Both the position numbers and the translations under genes were made by a program. Positions 26,839 through 36,645 of a DNA stretch of 58,683 nucleotides are shown here, piece after piece. The number at the start of each line of letters is the position of its first letter. The stretch's first letter is position 1. Location: positions 38,277-96,959 of the forward strand of contig CAZRFK010000001.1 of NCBI GenBank assembly GCA_964599275.1, in the 5' to 3' direction. The notes beneath the pieces are model-generated. The model ran no database searches. It was not told where the DNA came from and worked only from the letters and a program-made list of their open reading frames with translations. This stretch comes from an uncultured Clostridia bacterium. Lineage in GTDB: Bacteria > Bacillota > Sulfobacillia > SLMV01.

Positions 26839-28920
26839 TTACCCCTGAATCTGCGACCAATCTGCCACAATTGAAAGATAGTCAGCAATGCTGCTGAGTA
26901 GGTTCAGCCGCCTGCTTTTTGTATCTTCATCATCTACCATGACTATAACTTCATCAAGGAAACGGTCAACCTGCTCACGCAGCTGTGATCCACGAATGAT
27001 GAATCCTTCGTAATCCCCCTCATCCAACAATCTGTCTGCTTCTGTTCTGAACTCTTTAAACTCAGCACACAGCTGCTGGGCTGCGGGGGCAGAAAAACTC
27101 TGGACTTTTGGTACGCCAGCATGGTATGTGTCGCACCCCAAATTATGACATCTCCTCCAGGCTACAAGCAAGTCTTCAGCGTAAGAACTATCCAGAAACT
27201 GAGCCACTGTCTCTATTCTCACCCAGACATCGCTGATGTCATCTGAATCTCTAGCCAAAACCGCCTCGATGAGATCGTATTCGAAACCTGCATCCGACAG
27301 GAGGCTGCGCAGGCGTTCCTCAACAAATAATGTTATCCGCTTCCGCAGAGATTTGAATTCTTCCCCAGAAATCTCATAGGCCTCACTGCAGCACCTCAGA
27401 ATCTGGGTTACTGTTACCCCGTCTTCGAGAGCCAGCAGTCTCAGAATACCATTTGCGGAACGGCGAAGACCGTAAGGATCTTCCGAGCCGCTCACTTGAA
27501 GTCCGGCTGCAAAACCTCCTACCAGATTGTCAGCCTTGTCAACAAGACTCAACCACCGTCCAGCAGGGGTTTCAGGTAGTGGGTCTCCAGAACGCTGTGG
27601 AAGATAATGTTCGCCTATCGCCGTGCAGACTGGCCCAGGTTCCCCATCGTTCTTAGCATATTCCTCCCCCATCCTGCCCTGCAAGGCAGGAAATTCTCGC
27701 ACCATCAGCGTTACCCGGTCTGCCTTACATAATTGTGCAGCTCTCAAGAGTGTATCCTGCAGTCCGGACGGGATAACTCCATCTGCTGTCAGCTGGCACA
27801 AAATCCTACTGAGTCTTTCTGATTTGTCGGCGAGGCTGCCCATCTCCTCATGAACTATAACTTCAGACAAGCGCTCTGCATGTTCTTGCAGGGATATCTC
27901 CTTGTCCTCTTCCCAAAAAAATCTGGCATCAGCAAGTCTGGCATGCAGGACCAATTCATTCCCAGGCACCACGGTATCACGCATTGCATCGTTACCGTTA
28001 ATCACCGATAGGAAGTACGGTTTCAACTGACCATCACTGTCCTCGACGGGAAAAAACCGCAGGTGAGTCTGCATTGCGGTAGTTATAACTACTCGAGGAA
28101 CCTCCAAAAAATCAGAAGGTATCGAACCCAATGCTACCTGAGGACTTTCCACCAGGAACGTAACTTCCTGCAATAACGATTCAGGTATGACAGGTCTTCC
28201 ATTTACCGAAACAGCAAGTTCACCGCATTGCTGCACAATCCTTTCTCTACGCATCTGCGGTCTAACTATTAACTGCATATCCCTCATCTTATCTATATAT
28301 TCAGAAGCATTTTCTACATCTATATTTTCGGGAGAGAAGCGAGGACCACGGGTCTGCCTCTGAGCTTTTTTTCCGGCAAATTCAACCGGAATAATATCAG
28401 TACCATAAAGTGCAACAATCCACCTGAGCGGCCGGACAAATTCGATGTCTCCCTCTCCCCACCGCATTGTTTGTGGAAAGGAGAGAGATTTTAAAATATT
28501 CTGCATTGCATCCCGTAACGCACTGACTGCCTCACGTCCGGGACTGGTAAGCACCGCCCATACATAACGGCCCCGTTTTTCTTGTCGAATCTGAAGGTCG
28601 TCCAAGGCAACACCCTGGCTGGCGGCAAATCCCTCAGCTGCTCTCGTAGGCTCACCATTCTCATCAAAAGATATCTCCTCTGAAGGTCCGCGAATTTCCT
28701 CAGTCTTACCCATCGTCTCCTGCGGTACACCACTGATATATAAAATTAACCGGCGTGGAGTCGCCCAAGACTGCACCTCACTGTATGTCAGACCAACTGC
28801 ACTCAGTTCTGACTCTGCAAGGCTGACCAGCTGATCCAGAGTATCTGGCAAAAATCCCGCAGGTACTTCTGCACAACCAACTTCCAATAGAGCATCGTTA
28901 GTTTCATTTTTAACAGACAC
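26839..28920 (-). CDS. glyS: Glycyl-tRNA synthetase beta subunit
   Basis: It has the size (693 aa) and position expected directly after glyQ. The N-terminus LLEVGCAEVPAGFL and the motif RLADARFFWEED are typical of GlyS. Confidence 0.95.
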   Translation of the reverse strand: MSVKNETNDALLEVGCAEVPAGFLPDTLDQLVSLAESELSAVGLTYSEVQSWATPRRLILYISGVPQETMGKTEEIRGPSEEISFDENGEPTRAAEGFAASQGVALDDLQIRQEKRGRYVWAVLTSPGREAVSALRDAMQNILKSLSFPQTMRWGEGDIEFVRPLRWIVALYGTDIIPVEFAGKKAQRQTRGPRFSPENIDVENASEYIDKMRDMQLIVRPQMRRERIVQQCGELAVSVNGRPVIPESLLQEVTFLVESPQVALGSIPSDFLEVPRVVITTAMQTHLRFFPVEDSDGQLKPYFLSVINGNDAMRDTVVPGNELVLHARLADARFFWEEDKEISLQEHAERLSEVIVHEEMGSLADKSERLSRILCQLTADGVIPSGLQDTLLRAAQLCKADRVTLMVREFPALQGRMGEEYAKNDGEPGPVCTAIGEHYLPQRSGDPLPETPAGRWLSLVDKADNLVGGFAAGLQVSGSEDPYGLRRSANGILRLLALEDGVTVTQILRCCSEAYEISGEEFKSLRKRITLFVEERLRSLLSDAGFEYDLIEAVLARDSDDISDVWVRIETVAQFLDSSYAEDLLVAWRRCHNLGCDTYHAGVPKVQSFSAPAAQQLCAEFKEFRTEADRLLDEGDYEGFIIRGSQLREQVDRFLDEVIVMVDDEDTKSRRLNLLSSIADYLSIVADWSQIQG

Positions 28921-28926
28921 GATGAG

Positions 28927-29817
28927 TCACGCCTCCTTCAGACTATCTACTGGTTCATCTTCAGCACAGTCCCGTGAATGAATCTGAATATATTTTCCCG
29001 CACAATCACAAGCCAGGGCGCGAATGCGGGCTACGTAATTAGTTCGCTCCGTAACACCGATTGCACCTCTTGCGTCCAGCAGATTAAATAGATGAGAACA
29101 TTTCAACGCACAGTCATAGGCGGGAAGTACTAAATCCTCCTGTAAAGCCCGTTGGGCCTCCCGCTCATTTAGTTCGAAGGATTTGCGCAGCATATTGGTG
29201 TCCGCTGTTTCAAAACTATATTTAGAATGTTCAAACTCTGCGCGTCGGTACACATCTCCGTAAGTGATACCATCCTTCCACACCACATCAAATATGTTGG
29301 AAACGCCCTGCAAAAACCCGCACAGCCTTTCAAGTCCATAAGTGATTTCTACAGGAACCGGAGTCAGGTCATACCCCCCCATCTGTTGGAAATAGGTGAA
29401 CTGGGTTATTTCCATTGCATCAAGCCACACTTCCCAACCCAGCCCCCAGGCTCCCAGAGTTGGAGCTTCCCAGTTATCCTCAACAAATCGCACATCATGC
29501 TGCTTACAATCAACACCAATGTGCTGCAAACTGTCCAGATATATTTCCTGAATATCCTCGGGAGAAGGTTTAATAACCACCTGGTACTGCCAGTGACGAT
29601 ACACCCTCACAGGATTATCACCATACCGACCGTCCTGAGGACGCCGGGATGGCTCTGTATACGCCACGGCCCACGGTTCATCTGACAGGGAACGAAAAAA
29701 TGTTGAGGGGTTCATTGTTCCCGCTCCTTTTTCAGTATCATACGGCTGCTGCAGGAGACAGCCCTGTTCACCCCAAAAACTGTTCAGTTTGGATATTACT
29801 TGTTGAAAGTTATATTC
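28927..29817 (-). CDS. glyQ: Glycyl-tRNA synthetase alpha subunit
   Basis: [34 protein letters not shown]. The ATG at 29817 is preceded by GGGAGG. The track start at 29835 contains that RBS. Confidence 0.95.
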   Translation of the reverse strand, partial: EYNFQQVISKLNSFWGEQGCLLQQPYDTEKGAGTMNPSTFFRSLSDEPWAVAYTEPSRRPQDGRYGDNPVRVYRHWQYQVVIKPSPEDIQEIYLDSLQHIGVDCKQHDVRFVEDNWEAPTLGAWGLGWEVWLDAMEITQFTYFQQMGGYDLTPVPVEITYGLERLCGFLQGVSNIFDVVWKDGITYGDVYRRAEFEHSKYSFETADTNMLRKSFELNEREAQRALQEDLVLPAYDCALKCSHLFNLLDARGAIGVTERTNYVARIRALACDCAGKYIQIHSRDCAEDEPVDSLKEA

Positions 29818-30107
29818 CATTATTTTACCTCCCATCTGTATCCATACATCCAGTAGTGACCTGCTCCTCCAGTAAACAAGATTGCATTGAGATTGAAAAG
29901 GGGCGCAACGTATTGCCTGAGTTTACACACCTATTTGGGAACATCCCATTTGCACCCAGACAACAGGGCCGCAATCCTGTGACCACTTACACCGAACAAG
30001 TACCTTGCCGACCTTGTATCTGGGCCGGGTTACATGGCCCAGGGAACGAAACTCCCGCCTGCCCTTGCTGCAGGGCCGATTCTAAAACCTGCGAGTATAG
30101 ATGCAAT
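29818..30107 (-). promoter_or_regulatory. Long GC-rich structured 5' leader of glyQS (expected tRNA-Gly T-box position, canonical T-box not found)
   Basis: About 290 nt lie between the extended -10 and the ATG. Several stable local hairpins are present, for example CTGGGCC-9 nt-GGCCCAG and ACAGG-8 nt-CCTGT. See the finding on this region. Confidence 0.35.
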
Positions 30108-30113
30108 CCCTAT

Positions 30114-30122
30114 TTTATACCA
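30114..30122 (-). promoter_or_regulatory. Extended -10 element (TGgTATAAA) of the putative glyQS promoter
   Basis: The minus strand reads TGGTATAAA. No good -35 hexamer is present. Confidence 0.35.
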
Positions 30123-30195
30123 AACCATAATTTCAGAAGACCAGCAATTCAAACGCCAGCAAAACGATTTTGCACGCGGACTTCTTCCACTGTAG

Positions 30196-30240
30196 TTAAA
30201 ATGCATTCCCGCCCCCCAATGATTCAGGCGGGACGGGAAT
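30196..30240 (-). terminator. Intrinsic terminator after the DUF4342-like gene
   Basis: Minus strand: ATTCCCGTCCC-loop-GGGGCGGGAAT (11 bp, one GU) followed by GCATTTTAA. Confidence 0.7.
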
Positions 30241-30267
30241 AGTCCCAGACAGTACTCCGTATATATT

Positions 30268-30711
30268 TCAACCAAAGTCCGGGCTATCAGCTGGCTGAGA
30301 TTCACCATCATCTTCAGGCTCAAATTGTCCATCCTCTACGTCACCCTGTCGCTGGACAACTACGGTGCACTCGGACACCATGGCAGCTATGGCTCCCAGT
30401 GCAGCAAGTGATGGTAAAAGCACCGCACCAATAACACCCACAGTAACCGGAATTTCTACCAGGGTTCTCCCCTGATGACGTACTATAATGCGCCTCACAT
30501 TGCCTTCCCGGATGAGCGATTCGACTTTATCCACCAGGTCACCGCCGGTCACTTTAATTCTCTGCTGCCAGGTTTCTCCGTCTGCACCCTCCTCAAGATG
30601 CACCAGTGCAGACACAAGATCACCGTCTGTCTTTTTTAATGCCGCTCGAGCCTGACGATACGTCACTCCAGTTCTCTCACGGATAGCATCTATTTTTTCA
30701 AGTTCCTCCAT
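30268..30711 (-). CDS. UBA/EF-Ts-N-like domain protein with a DUF4342-like C-terminal half (tentative)
   Basis: The N-terminus IRERTGVTYRQARAALKKTDGDLVSALVHL resembles the EF-Ts N-terminal UBA fold. The central hydrophobic stretch is VGVIGAVLLPSLAALGAIAAMV. The family call is from memory. Confidence 0.5.
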   Translation of the reverse strand: MEELEKIDAIRERTGVTYRQARAALKKTDGDLVSALVHLEEGADGETWQQRIKVTGGDLVDKVESLIREGNVRRIIVRHQGRTLVEIPVTVGVIGAVLLPSLAALGAIAAMVSECTVVVQRQGDVEDGQFEPEDDGESQPADSPDFG

Positions 30712-30744
30712 TGTTCAATGCCTCCTTCGTTTTTCAGGTGCTCT

Positions 30745-31491
30745 TTAGAATAGTATATCCAAAAATCGCCGTGACTTTAGCTGTTCATCGAAATGATACT
30801 CGCTGAACGTTAGCACCTGATCCCGCAGATTGATCCACAGCTGTTCATTGTGTTCAGGAAGTTTATCTAACTGCTGGGGGTGGACATCACGTAAAAGGCA
30901 GAACAACTGAAGAAGGTTGGCTGGCAGATGATCTGCAGTGCCCTCGGGTTGTCCATCACAGGCAGAGCACAGAATACCTCCGCGGGAGTAATCCAACACG
31001 ACACTTCCTTGAGGCTCTTCTCCACAATACACACAGTAATTTAGCTGAGGTAAGAACCCAGCAACTTTCAGGGCCCGGACGAAAAAAAATGTTCCTACCA
31101 AATGTGGATTCAGGTCGGTATTGAGGGCTCGGAGGCTGGTAACCAGAAGAAGGTAGAGAGGTTCATCTGGCTCCCCCTCCTGAGAGATTCGGCTGGTTAA
31201 TTCCGCAAAGCATGAAGCATAACACATTGTTGACCATTCCGAACGAAGTTTGTGAAAATCCTCCAGCTGTTTCCCACCTTTTATACCATCAAGGGTACGT
31301 CCTTTCCACAATATCAGACCAACCCGGTTTAGAGGCTGGATTAGCCCGGCAAGCTTACTGGCGGCCTTTTGAGCACCTCTTGCTACTACCCGGAGCTTCC
31401 CGCGTCCCCTCGACATAAGGGTAATCAACCGATCAGATTCCCCCAGAGACTGACTACTCAATATGACCGCCTCCACCCGATATTCAGGCAT
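30745..31491 (-). CDS. recO: DNA repair protein RecO
   Basis: OB-fold N-terminus and zinc motif CVYCG...CSAC. It sits in the conserved era-recO-glyQ position. Confidence 0.9.
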   Translation of the reverse strand: MPEYRVEAVILSSQSLGESDRLITLMSRGRGKLRVVARGAQKAASKLAGLIQPLNRVGLILWKGRTLDGIKGGKQLEDFHKLRSEWSTMCYASCFAELTSRISQEGEPDEPLYLLLVTSLRALNTDLNPHLVGTFFFVRALKVAGFLPQLNYCVYCGEEPQGSVVLDYSRGGILCSACDGQPEGTADHLPANLLQLFCLLRDVHPQQLDKLPEHNEQLWINLRDQVLTFSEYHFDEQLKSRRFLDILF

Positions 31492-31509
31492 ATACTATTC
31501 ACCCCAGTC

Positions 31510-32436
31510 TCATCGTTCAATGTCAAGGTCCAAATCACGAAGTGCCAGAGCGTCATCACGCCAGTCCTTCTTGACTTTCACGTGCAGATCCAGGTAGACG
31601 GAAACTCCCAGCAGGTCTTCAACGTCATTCCGACTCCTCTGGCCTATTTCCTTGATCATCTTCCCGCCCTTGCCGATGAGTATTCCTTTTTGCGAGTTTC
31701 TCTCTACTAAAATGTCGCAGCCTATGTAGTAGGTGTCTTCCTGCCGTTGTTCAAGACTTCGCACATCAACCGCAGTTGAATACGGAATCTCCTGGCTGGT
31801 TAACACCATAACTTTCTCTCGTACAAGCTCACCAATCAAAAATGTAAGTGGCCGGTCTGTCTTCATATCCGGCGGAAAATATCTTGGTCCCCCTCGCGGC
31901 AGCAGCTGCTTAAGCGCTTTCAACAGTTCATCAATGTTCTCACCAGTAAGAGCTGATATCCCCATTACATGATCAAAATCCGCCAACTGCGAATAGGAGT
32001 CTATACGTCCGGAGCGGACAGATTCAGCAATTTTATCTATCTTGTTCACCGCCAGCACGACCGGGTTATCGGCAGCTGCAGCAAGCTCGGCGCAATTTTT
32101 ATCTCCCCGTCCGGGTTCAGCCCGGCTACCATCAACACAGAATATAATCACATCAACATCACGGGTGGACTGCCGTGCTTTTTTGACCATTTGCTTTCCC
32201 AGGCGATCCTGAGGAAAATGAAATCCGGGAGTATCGAGAAAAACCAACTGCATATCATTCGTGTTTAATATTCCACGAACTCTAGTTCGCGTTGTCTGAG
32301 GCTTGGAGGTGACAATACTAACTTTGTCACCAACCAGACGATTCACCAGAGTAGATTTTCCGACGTTAGCAAACCCCATAACCGAGGCAAAACCCGATAT
32401 GAAATTATCATCTGTAGCGTAATTTCCACTCTGCAT
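31510..32436 (-). CDS. era: GTPase Era
   Basis: G1 GFANVGKSTLVNRLVG, G3 DTPG, G4 NKID and a C-terminal KH domain (GKGGKMIKEIG). Confidence 0.95.
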   Translation of the reverse strand: MQSGNYATDDNFISGFASVMGFANVGKSTLVNRLVGDKVSIVTSKPQTTRTRVRGILNTNDMQLVFLDTPGFHFPQDRLGKQMVKKARQSTRDVDVIIFCVDGSRAEPGRGDKNCAELAAAADNPVVLAVNKIDKIAESVRSGRIDSYSQLADFDHVMGISALTGENIDELLKALKQLLPRGGPRYFPPDMKTDRPLTFLIGELVREKVMVLTSQEIPYSTAVDVRSLEQRQEDTYYIGCDILVERNSQKGILIGKGGKMIKEIGQRSRNDVEDLLGVSVYLDLHVKVKKDWRDDALALRDLDLDIER

Positions 32437-32487
32437 AAAATAGTTTCCTCCTGAGCATAGCTTGCGTTATTTATCCTGCATTTTTGT

Positions 32488-32988
32488 TTATATGTGTCCC
32501 CAGAAAGCATACCAACTCAAAATTACCAGCCCGGCCAGCTGTAAAAACTCCCACCATTGACCTTGTCGCCAGGCATGCTGAAAAAATGGAACCAGATTAT
32601 TTAAATCGGGCCACAAAAGCAGAAAAAACACTACTACAGAACATACTGAAAGAATCAACACCATTCCCGCTGTCCCATCCTTTATGTCCCGTATCACTGG
32701 ATGAGGTTCAGAGACAATGAGGTCTGCCAACATCTCACACACCCAGTTTAACACCTGTGCTGCCATAACTGTACCGGAAATCAATACTAGTATGGCAAAT
32801 TCTGTCCTGGACTGACCTGTCCAGCGGGCTGCAGATAGCACCAAAGCGGCAATAACCGTCTGCCAGCGAAAGTGTTCTTCATCTCGCCACACAGCTGCAA
32901 GACCATTTTTGGCCCACCTCAACGCACATAAAAACCTTCCAAGCCCCGGCCACAGGCGATTAGGTGAGTTTCCCTCAGGCGAATACAT
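32488..32988 (-). CDS. dgkA: Diacylglycerol/undecaprenol kinase family protein (DgkA-like) with an atypical core motif and a C-terminal extension
   Basis: EEHFRWQ (E-x-NF-like) and IKDGTAGMV (KD-AAGAV-like) are present. The position between ybeY and era is conserved. See the finding on this gene. Confidence 0.65.
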   Translation of the reverse strand: MYSPEGNSPNRLWPGLGRFLCALRWAKNGLAAVWRDEEHFRWQTVIAALVLSAARWTGQSRTEFAILVLISGTVMAAQVLNWVCEMLADLIVSEPHPVIRDIKDGTAGMVLILSVCSVVVFFLLLWPDLNNLVPFFQHAWRQGQWWEFLQLAGLVILSWYAFWGHI

Positions 32989-33454
32989 GATCCAAAATTC
33001 CCTGGGAGAGTTTGTTCATTTCAGTCAGAGAAGGAGAATCAGGGTGGTTCCAGCCTGCAAGGTGCAGCAGACCATGACAGAGTAAAAATGCCATCTCCCA
33101 TACCAATGAACGAAACTGTTCACTCGCCTGCGCTCGTGCTTTGTCCGGGCAAATTGCTACACAGCCAAACACCTGATCTCCACCGATTTCCTCAAAGGGA
33201 GTAGGGAAAGGGGCATCGAGTTGCAGCTGATACGATAACACATCAGTTGGAGAATCAAGGCCTCGATGCCTTTCATTCAACTGAGCAATCGTTTGTAAAC
33301 TCACCAACGCAACTTCAACAACGGCATCTTCTTTTAAGGAATGATTACCTCTACACCGAAGTCGTCTTGCAGTGTTCCTGGCCGTCCTTCGCAGTATTGG
33401 ATAAGTCAGCCCTGGCACTTCAACTTCCTTTTTGGTTACTATCTCAATTTTCAC
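32975..33454 (-). CDS. ybeY: rRNA maturation endoribonuclease YbeY
   Basis: Zinc motif HGLLHLAGWNH. The GTG at 33454 is preceded by GGAGGAGG and overlaps the upstream stop by 11 nt. The longer track ORF (to 33592) lies inside the upstream gene. Confidence 0.9.
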   Translation of the reverse strand: MKIEIVTKKEVEVPGLTYPILRRTARNTARRLRCRGNHSLKEDAVVEVALVSLQTIAQLNERHRGLDSPTDVLSYQLQLDAPFPTPFEEIGGDQVFGCVAICPDKARAQASEQFRSLVWEMAFLLCHGLLHLAGWNHPDSPSLTEMNKLSQGILDHVFA

Positions 33455-35678
33455 TGCTCTCGTCCTCCTCCTGCTCGAGATCAGCCTTTTCCTGCTCCAT
33501 TTCCTCCATGACTGTTTCAGGATATTCCACTCGATGATGAAAAGCTCCTGATAAAACTTGAGTAAAGCTCTCAGCCACTCTATCCAGGTCACGGAACGTT
33601 AGGTCACAACGGTCCAGCTGACCATCTTCAAGTCTTTCATGGATTATATCCCTCACTACGGACTTGACACGATTTGGAGTCGGTCGGGACAGGGAACGAA
33701 CAGCAGCCTCCACCGCATCTGCCAACATGACCAAAGCGGTTTCCTTACTATGCGGTTTGGGTCCAGGATATCGAAAGTTGTCCTGTGCAACTTCCTCCCC
33801 TTCATCTGCCTGTTCTAAAGCCCTCTGATAAAAATAGCTAGCCATGGTTGTCCCATGATGCTCAGCAATGAAACTTGTCACTTGCTCAGGAAGTTCTTCT
33901 TCCTCTGCCATTTCCAGCCCCTCACGCACGTGGGATATAACCGTCAACGCAGAAAGATTTGGTGACAGCTTGTCGTGAGGATTACTATCCGTAAACTGAT
34001 TTTCGACAAAGAAGTAGGGGCGGCGGGCCTTCCCAACATCGTGATAGTAAGCCCCTACCCGGGCAAGCAGTGAATTGCCATCTACTGCTTCCGTAGCTGA
34101 TTCTGCAAGGTTAGCAACCATCATACTGTGATGGTAGGTGCCAGGTGCCTCTTCCAATAGTCGTCTTAACAAGGGATGGTTGGGGTTTGACAATTCAAGG
34201 AGTTTAACCGGTGTCAGGACCCCAAAGAAACTCTCCTGAAAAGGCAGAAAACCTATTGCGATGATTGCAGCTAATATACCGTTAGCTCCACCCCATAATG
34301 CATCCTTCCACAGGGCAAACTCAGCCAGATTGGCAGTGCCTCCAATACTCGCATGAGAGATAAACACAGCAATATTAATCACAGACACAACCAACCCACT
34401 GCGCATGATATCTGTCCGCTCAGATACCGATGCCGCTGTTACAGCGCCGGCCGTGCCACCGGCCAAACTCATCAATATGGCGGGAACTTCTCCTCCGGTC
34501 ATTAATCCTATCGCCATTGACATCGTTACTCCCACAACAACTGCAGTGTTACCATTTAGCAGGACAGACAGCAGAATCGTACCTGCAGCAATGGGCGTCA
34601 AATAAGGGGATAAAACCAGCAAAAACCGGGAAGCAAAAAGAGCCAATAGTGTAGTGAGCCCCACGAGAACAATGCGCGATTCAGATTCGAAAATATCTCG
34701 CTGAAAGTTGGCCAGGTAAACGGCAACAATAGTTATCATGACCAGAGAAAATAACATGGAACCAGCATAGATCAACCAGGGAGCTCCGTCCTGAACCAAA
34801 CCAGCATCGCGCAACCGCACCATATCCTCAGAAGAAATAATCCGTCCGTCGGGAATTATTATCTGTCCCCTGAGTATGATCTCTGGACTGACCTCCTGTG
34901 CTGCCACATCTCTGCGTCGTTCCGTCTCTTCCGCATTGAATAACAAGTTTGGGCGTAAAAGATTTTCGCCAAGTCTTCCGGACAGTAGACGAAGTTGTTC
35001 TGGTAAATCAGATTGTTCAGCTTCCTGACGCATCTGAGTGCGATAATCCTGCAAATTATCCGGCTTTATACCCTGTGCATACAGAAAGTCCAGAGTGGAT
35101 TCAATATGATCGTAAGTTTCCTCCAAGACCCTTTCCTCTACAGTAAGCAGTTCGATAACATCGAGCTCACTGAGCGGAACCTGCATAAATTCCGCCATCT
35201 CAGAGGTTACCTGTCCAACTTGCTCATCAGTAAGGTTTACAGTGTCACCGGGTTCTATATCCAGTTCTTCAAACCACCGCTGCCTGGTCTGGCTCAAGTC
35301 CCCAAATATTTCATCTAGCTGCTCTATGGCCTCATTTTTAACCGCTGGATCTTGCTCATAAACATCTGATACGTCTTCACGGGCCTGCTGCCGCAGTTTC
35401 TCGGTAGCAGGCCGATCAAAAAATTCAGTTGGAGATTTGATGTTATAAGGTGCAGGCTCACCAACCTGCACATCCAATCGGTGAGGTAATATACTACTGA
35501 CGAAAAGTGCAGATAGGAGCAGCAAAAACACTAATCCCCAGATTACACGCCGGAATGGAGAACTCTCTTGCAAGGGGTCAGTAAAAAAATAGGTCCACCC
35601 CTCCTTTAATCCGTTAACCAGCCTGACAAACAGGGTTTCATCGTTGTTATTGTTGTCCTTATTCCTCATATTCCTCAT
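33444..35678 (-). CDS. pgpH: 7TM-HD membrane phosphohydrolase (PgpH/YqfF family, cyclic-di-AMP phosphodiesterase type)
   Basis: It has an extracellular N-terminal domain, a 7TM block and an HD domain (HHSMMVANLAE, YHDVGK). The start is ambiguous between the ATGs at 35678 and 35669. The track start at 35729 lies 71 nt inside phoH. Confidence 0.85.
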   Translation of the reverse strand: MRNMRNKDNNNNDETLFVRLVNGLKEGWTYFFTDPLQESSPFRRVIWGLVFLLLLSALFVSSILPHRLDVQVGEPAPYNIKSPTEFFDRPATEKLRQQAREDVSDVYEQDPAVKNEAIEQLDEIFGDLSQTRQRWFEELDIEPGDTVNLTDEQVGQVTSEMAEFMQVPLSELDVIELLTVEERVLEETYDHIESTLDFLYAQGIKPDNLQDYRTQMRQEAEQSDLPEQLRLLSGRLGENLLRPNLLFNAEETERRRDVAAQEVSPEIILRGQIIIPDGRIISSEDMVRLRDAGLVQDGAPWLIYAGSMLFSLVMITIVAVYLANFQRDIFESESRIVLVGLTTLLALFASRFLLVLSPYLTPIAAGTILLSVLLNGNTAVVVGVTMSMAIGLMTGGEVPAILMSLAGGTAGAVTAASVSERTDIMRSGLVVSVINIAVFISHASIGGTANLAEFALWKDALWGGANGILAAIIAIGFLPFQESFFGVLTPVKLLELSNPNHPLLRRLLEEAPGTYHHSMMVANLAESATEAVDGNSLLARVGAYYHDVGKARRPYFFVENQFTDSNPHDKLSPNLSALTVISHVREGLEMAEEEELPEQVTSFIAEHHGTTMASYFYQRALEQADEGEEVAQDNFRYPGPKPHSKETALVMLADAVEAAVRSLSRPTPNRVKSVVRDIIHERLEDGQLDRCDLTFRDLDRVAESFTQVLSGAFHHRVEYPETVMEEMEQEKADLEQEEDESSEN

Positions 35679-36633
35679 ATGCTTTGACGATCTCCGTAAC
35701 CAAGGGATGACGAACCACGTCCCTTTCACTCAAATATACAAATTCTATTCCATCTATGTCCTGAAGAATATCCTGGATTTGAACTAATCCACTCGAAGCC
35801 CGCCGCAGATCAATCTGGGTGACATCACCAGTAATCACTGCTCTGGACCCAAACCCCTGGCGGGTCAGAAACATTTTCATCTGTTCAGCGGTTGTGTTTT
35901 GAGCCTCATCTAGAACGATAAAGGAATCATCCAGGGTCCGGCCCCGCATATAGGCCAAAGGAGCAACCTCGATCACGCCACGGTTCATCTCCTTCTGAAA
36001 TTTCTCTGGGCCGACAATGTCGTATAAGGCATCGTACAGCGGACGGAGATAAGGATCCACCTTCTCCTGAAGGTCACCAGGTAAAAACCCTAAATGCTCT
36101 CCTGCTTCCACCGCAGGTCGAGTTAAGATGATGCGGCTGACCTGTCCCTTTCGCAATGCTGCATTAGCCTGCGCCATCGCCAGGTAAGTTTTACCAGTTC
36201 CAGCTGGGCCAATGGCAAACACAATCGGATTTTGCGCCATCGCCCTCAGGTAATCCCGCTGGCCCTTGGTCTTGGGCTTTATATCTTTGCCTCGAGCCGA
36301 AGTTATTACCGCCTCATTGTAAATATTATCCAGGGGTTGTTCATCTCCATCCTTTGTTAGATCGATTGCGTATCGCATTAACTGGTCAGTTATCTCATTG
36401 CCAGATTGCAACGCCTCCAACAATCTTTCAAGAAGCTTTTTAACTTTCTCAACTGCTTCCGGTGGACCTTCAATTGTCAGTTCATTTCCCCGACTAACCA
36501 GATTTATAGGGAAATTTTTTTCTAAGACATCCAGGTTGCAATCAGCATGTCCAAACAATTGGGCAGCTTCTGGATTTTCCCTAACCTTGAATCTGCTTTT
36601 GACAATGTCATTGTCACATTCTTTATTGCTCAT
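35659..36633 (-). CDS. phoH: PhoH-like ATPase
   Basis: Walker A GPAGTGKTYLAMA and Walker B FIVLDEAQN. Confidence 0.9.
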   Translation of the reverse strand: MSNKECDNDIVKSRFKVRENPEAAQLFGHADCNLDVLEKNFPINLVSRGNELTIEGPPEAVEKVKKLLERLLEALQSGNEITDQLMRYAIDLTKDGDEQPLDNIYNEAVITSARGKDIKPKTKGQRDYLRAMAQNPIVFAIGPAGTGKTYLAMAQANAALRKGQVSRIILTRPAVEAGEHLGFLPGDLQEKVDPYLRPLYDALYDIVGPEKFQKEMNRGVIEVAPLAYMRGRTLDDSFIVLDEAQNTTAEQMKMFLTRQGFGSRAVITGDVTQIDLRRASSGLVQIQDILQDIDGIEFVYLSERDVVRHPLVTEIVKAYEEYEE

Positions 36634-36645
36634 GGAATGGTAGTA

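Noticed and set aside
33455-33592. A longer 205-aa version of ybeY. Similar over-long track starts exist for prmA (44836), dnaG (23022), hrcA (49690), mgtE (5693) and pgpH (35729).
   Set aside because: Each extension lies inside the preceding gene or across an operator. Each lacks an RBS, whereas an internal start with a strong Shine-Dalgarno gives the family-typical N-terminus.
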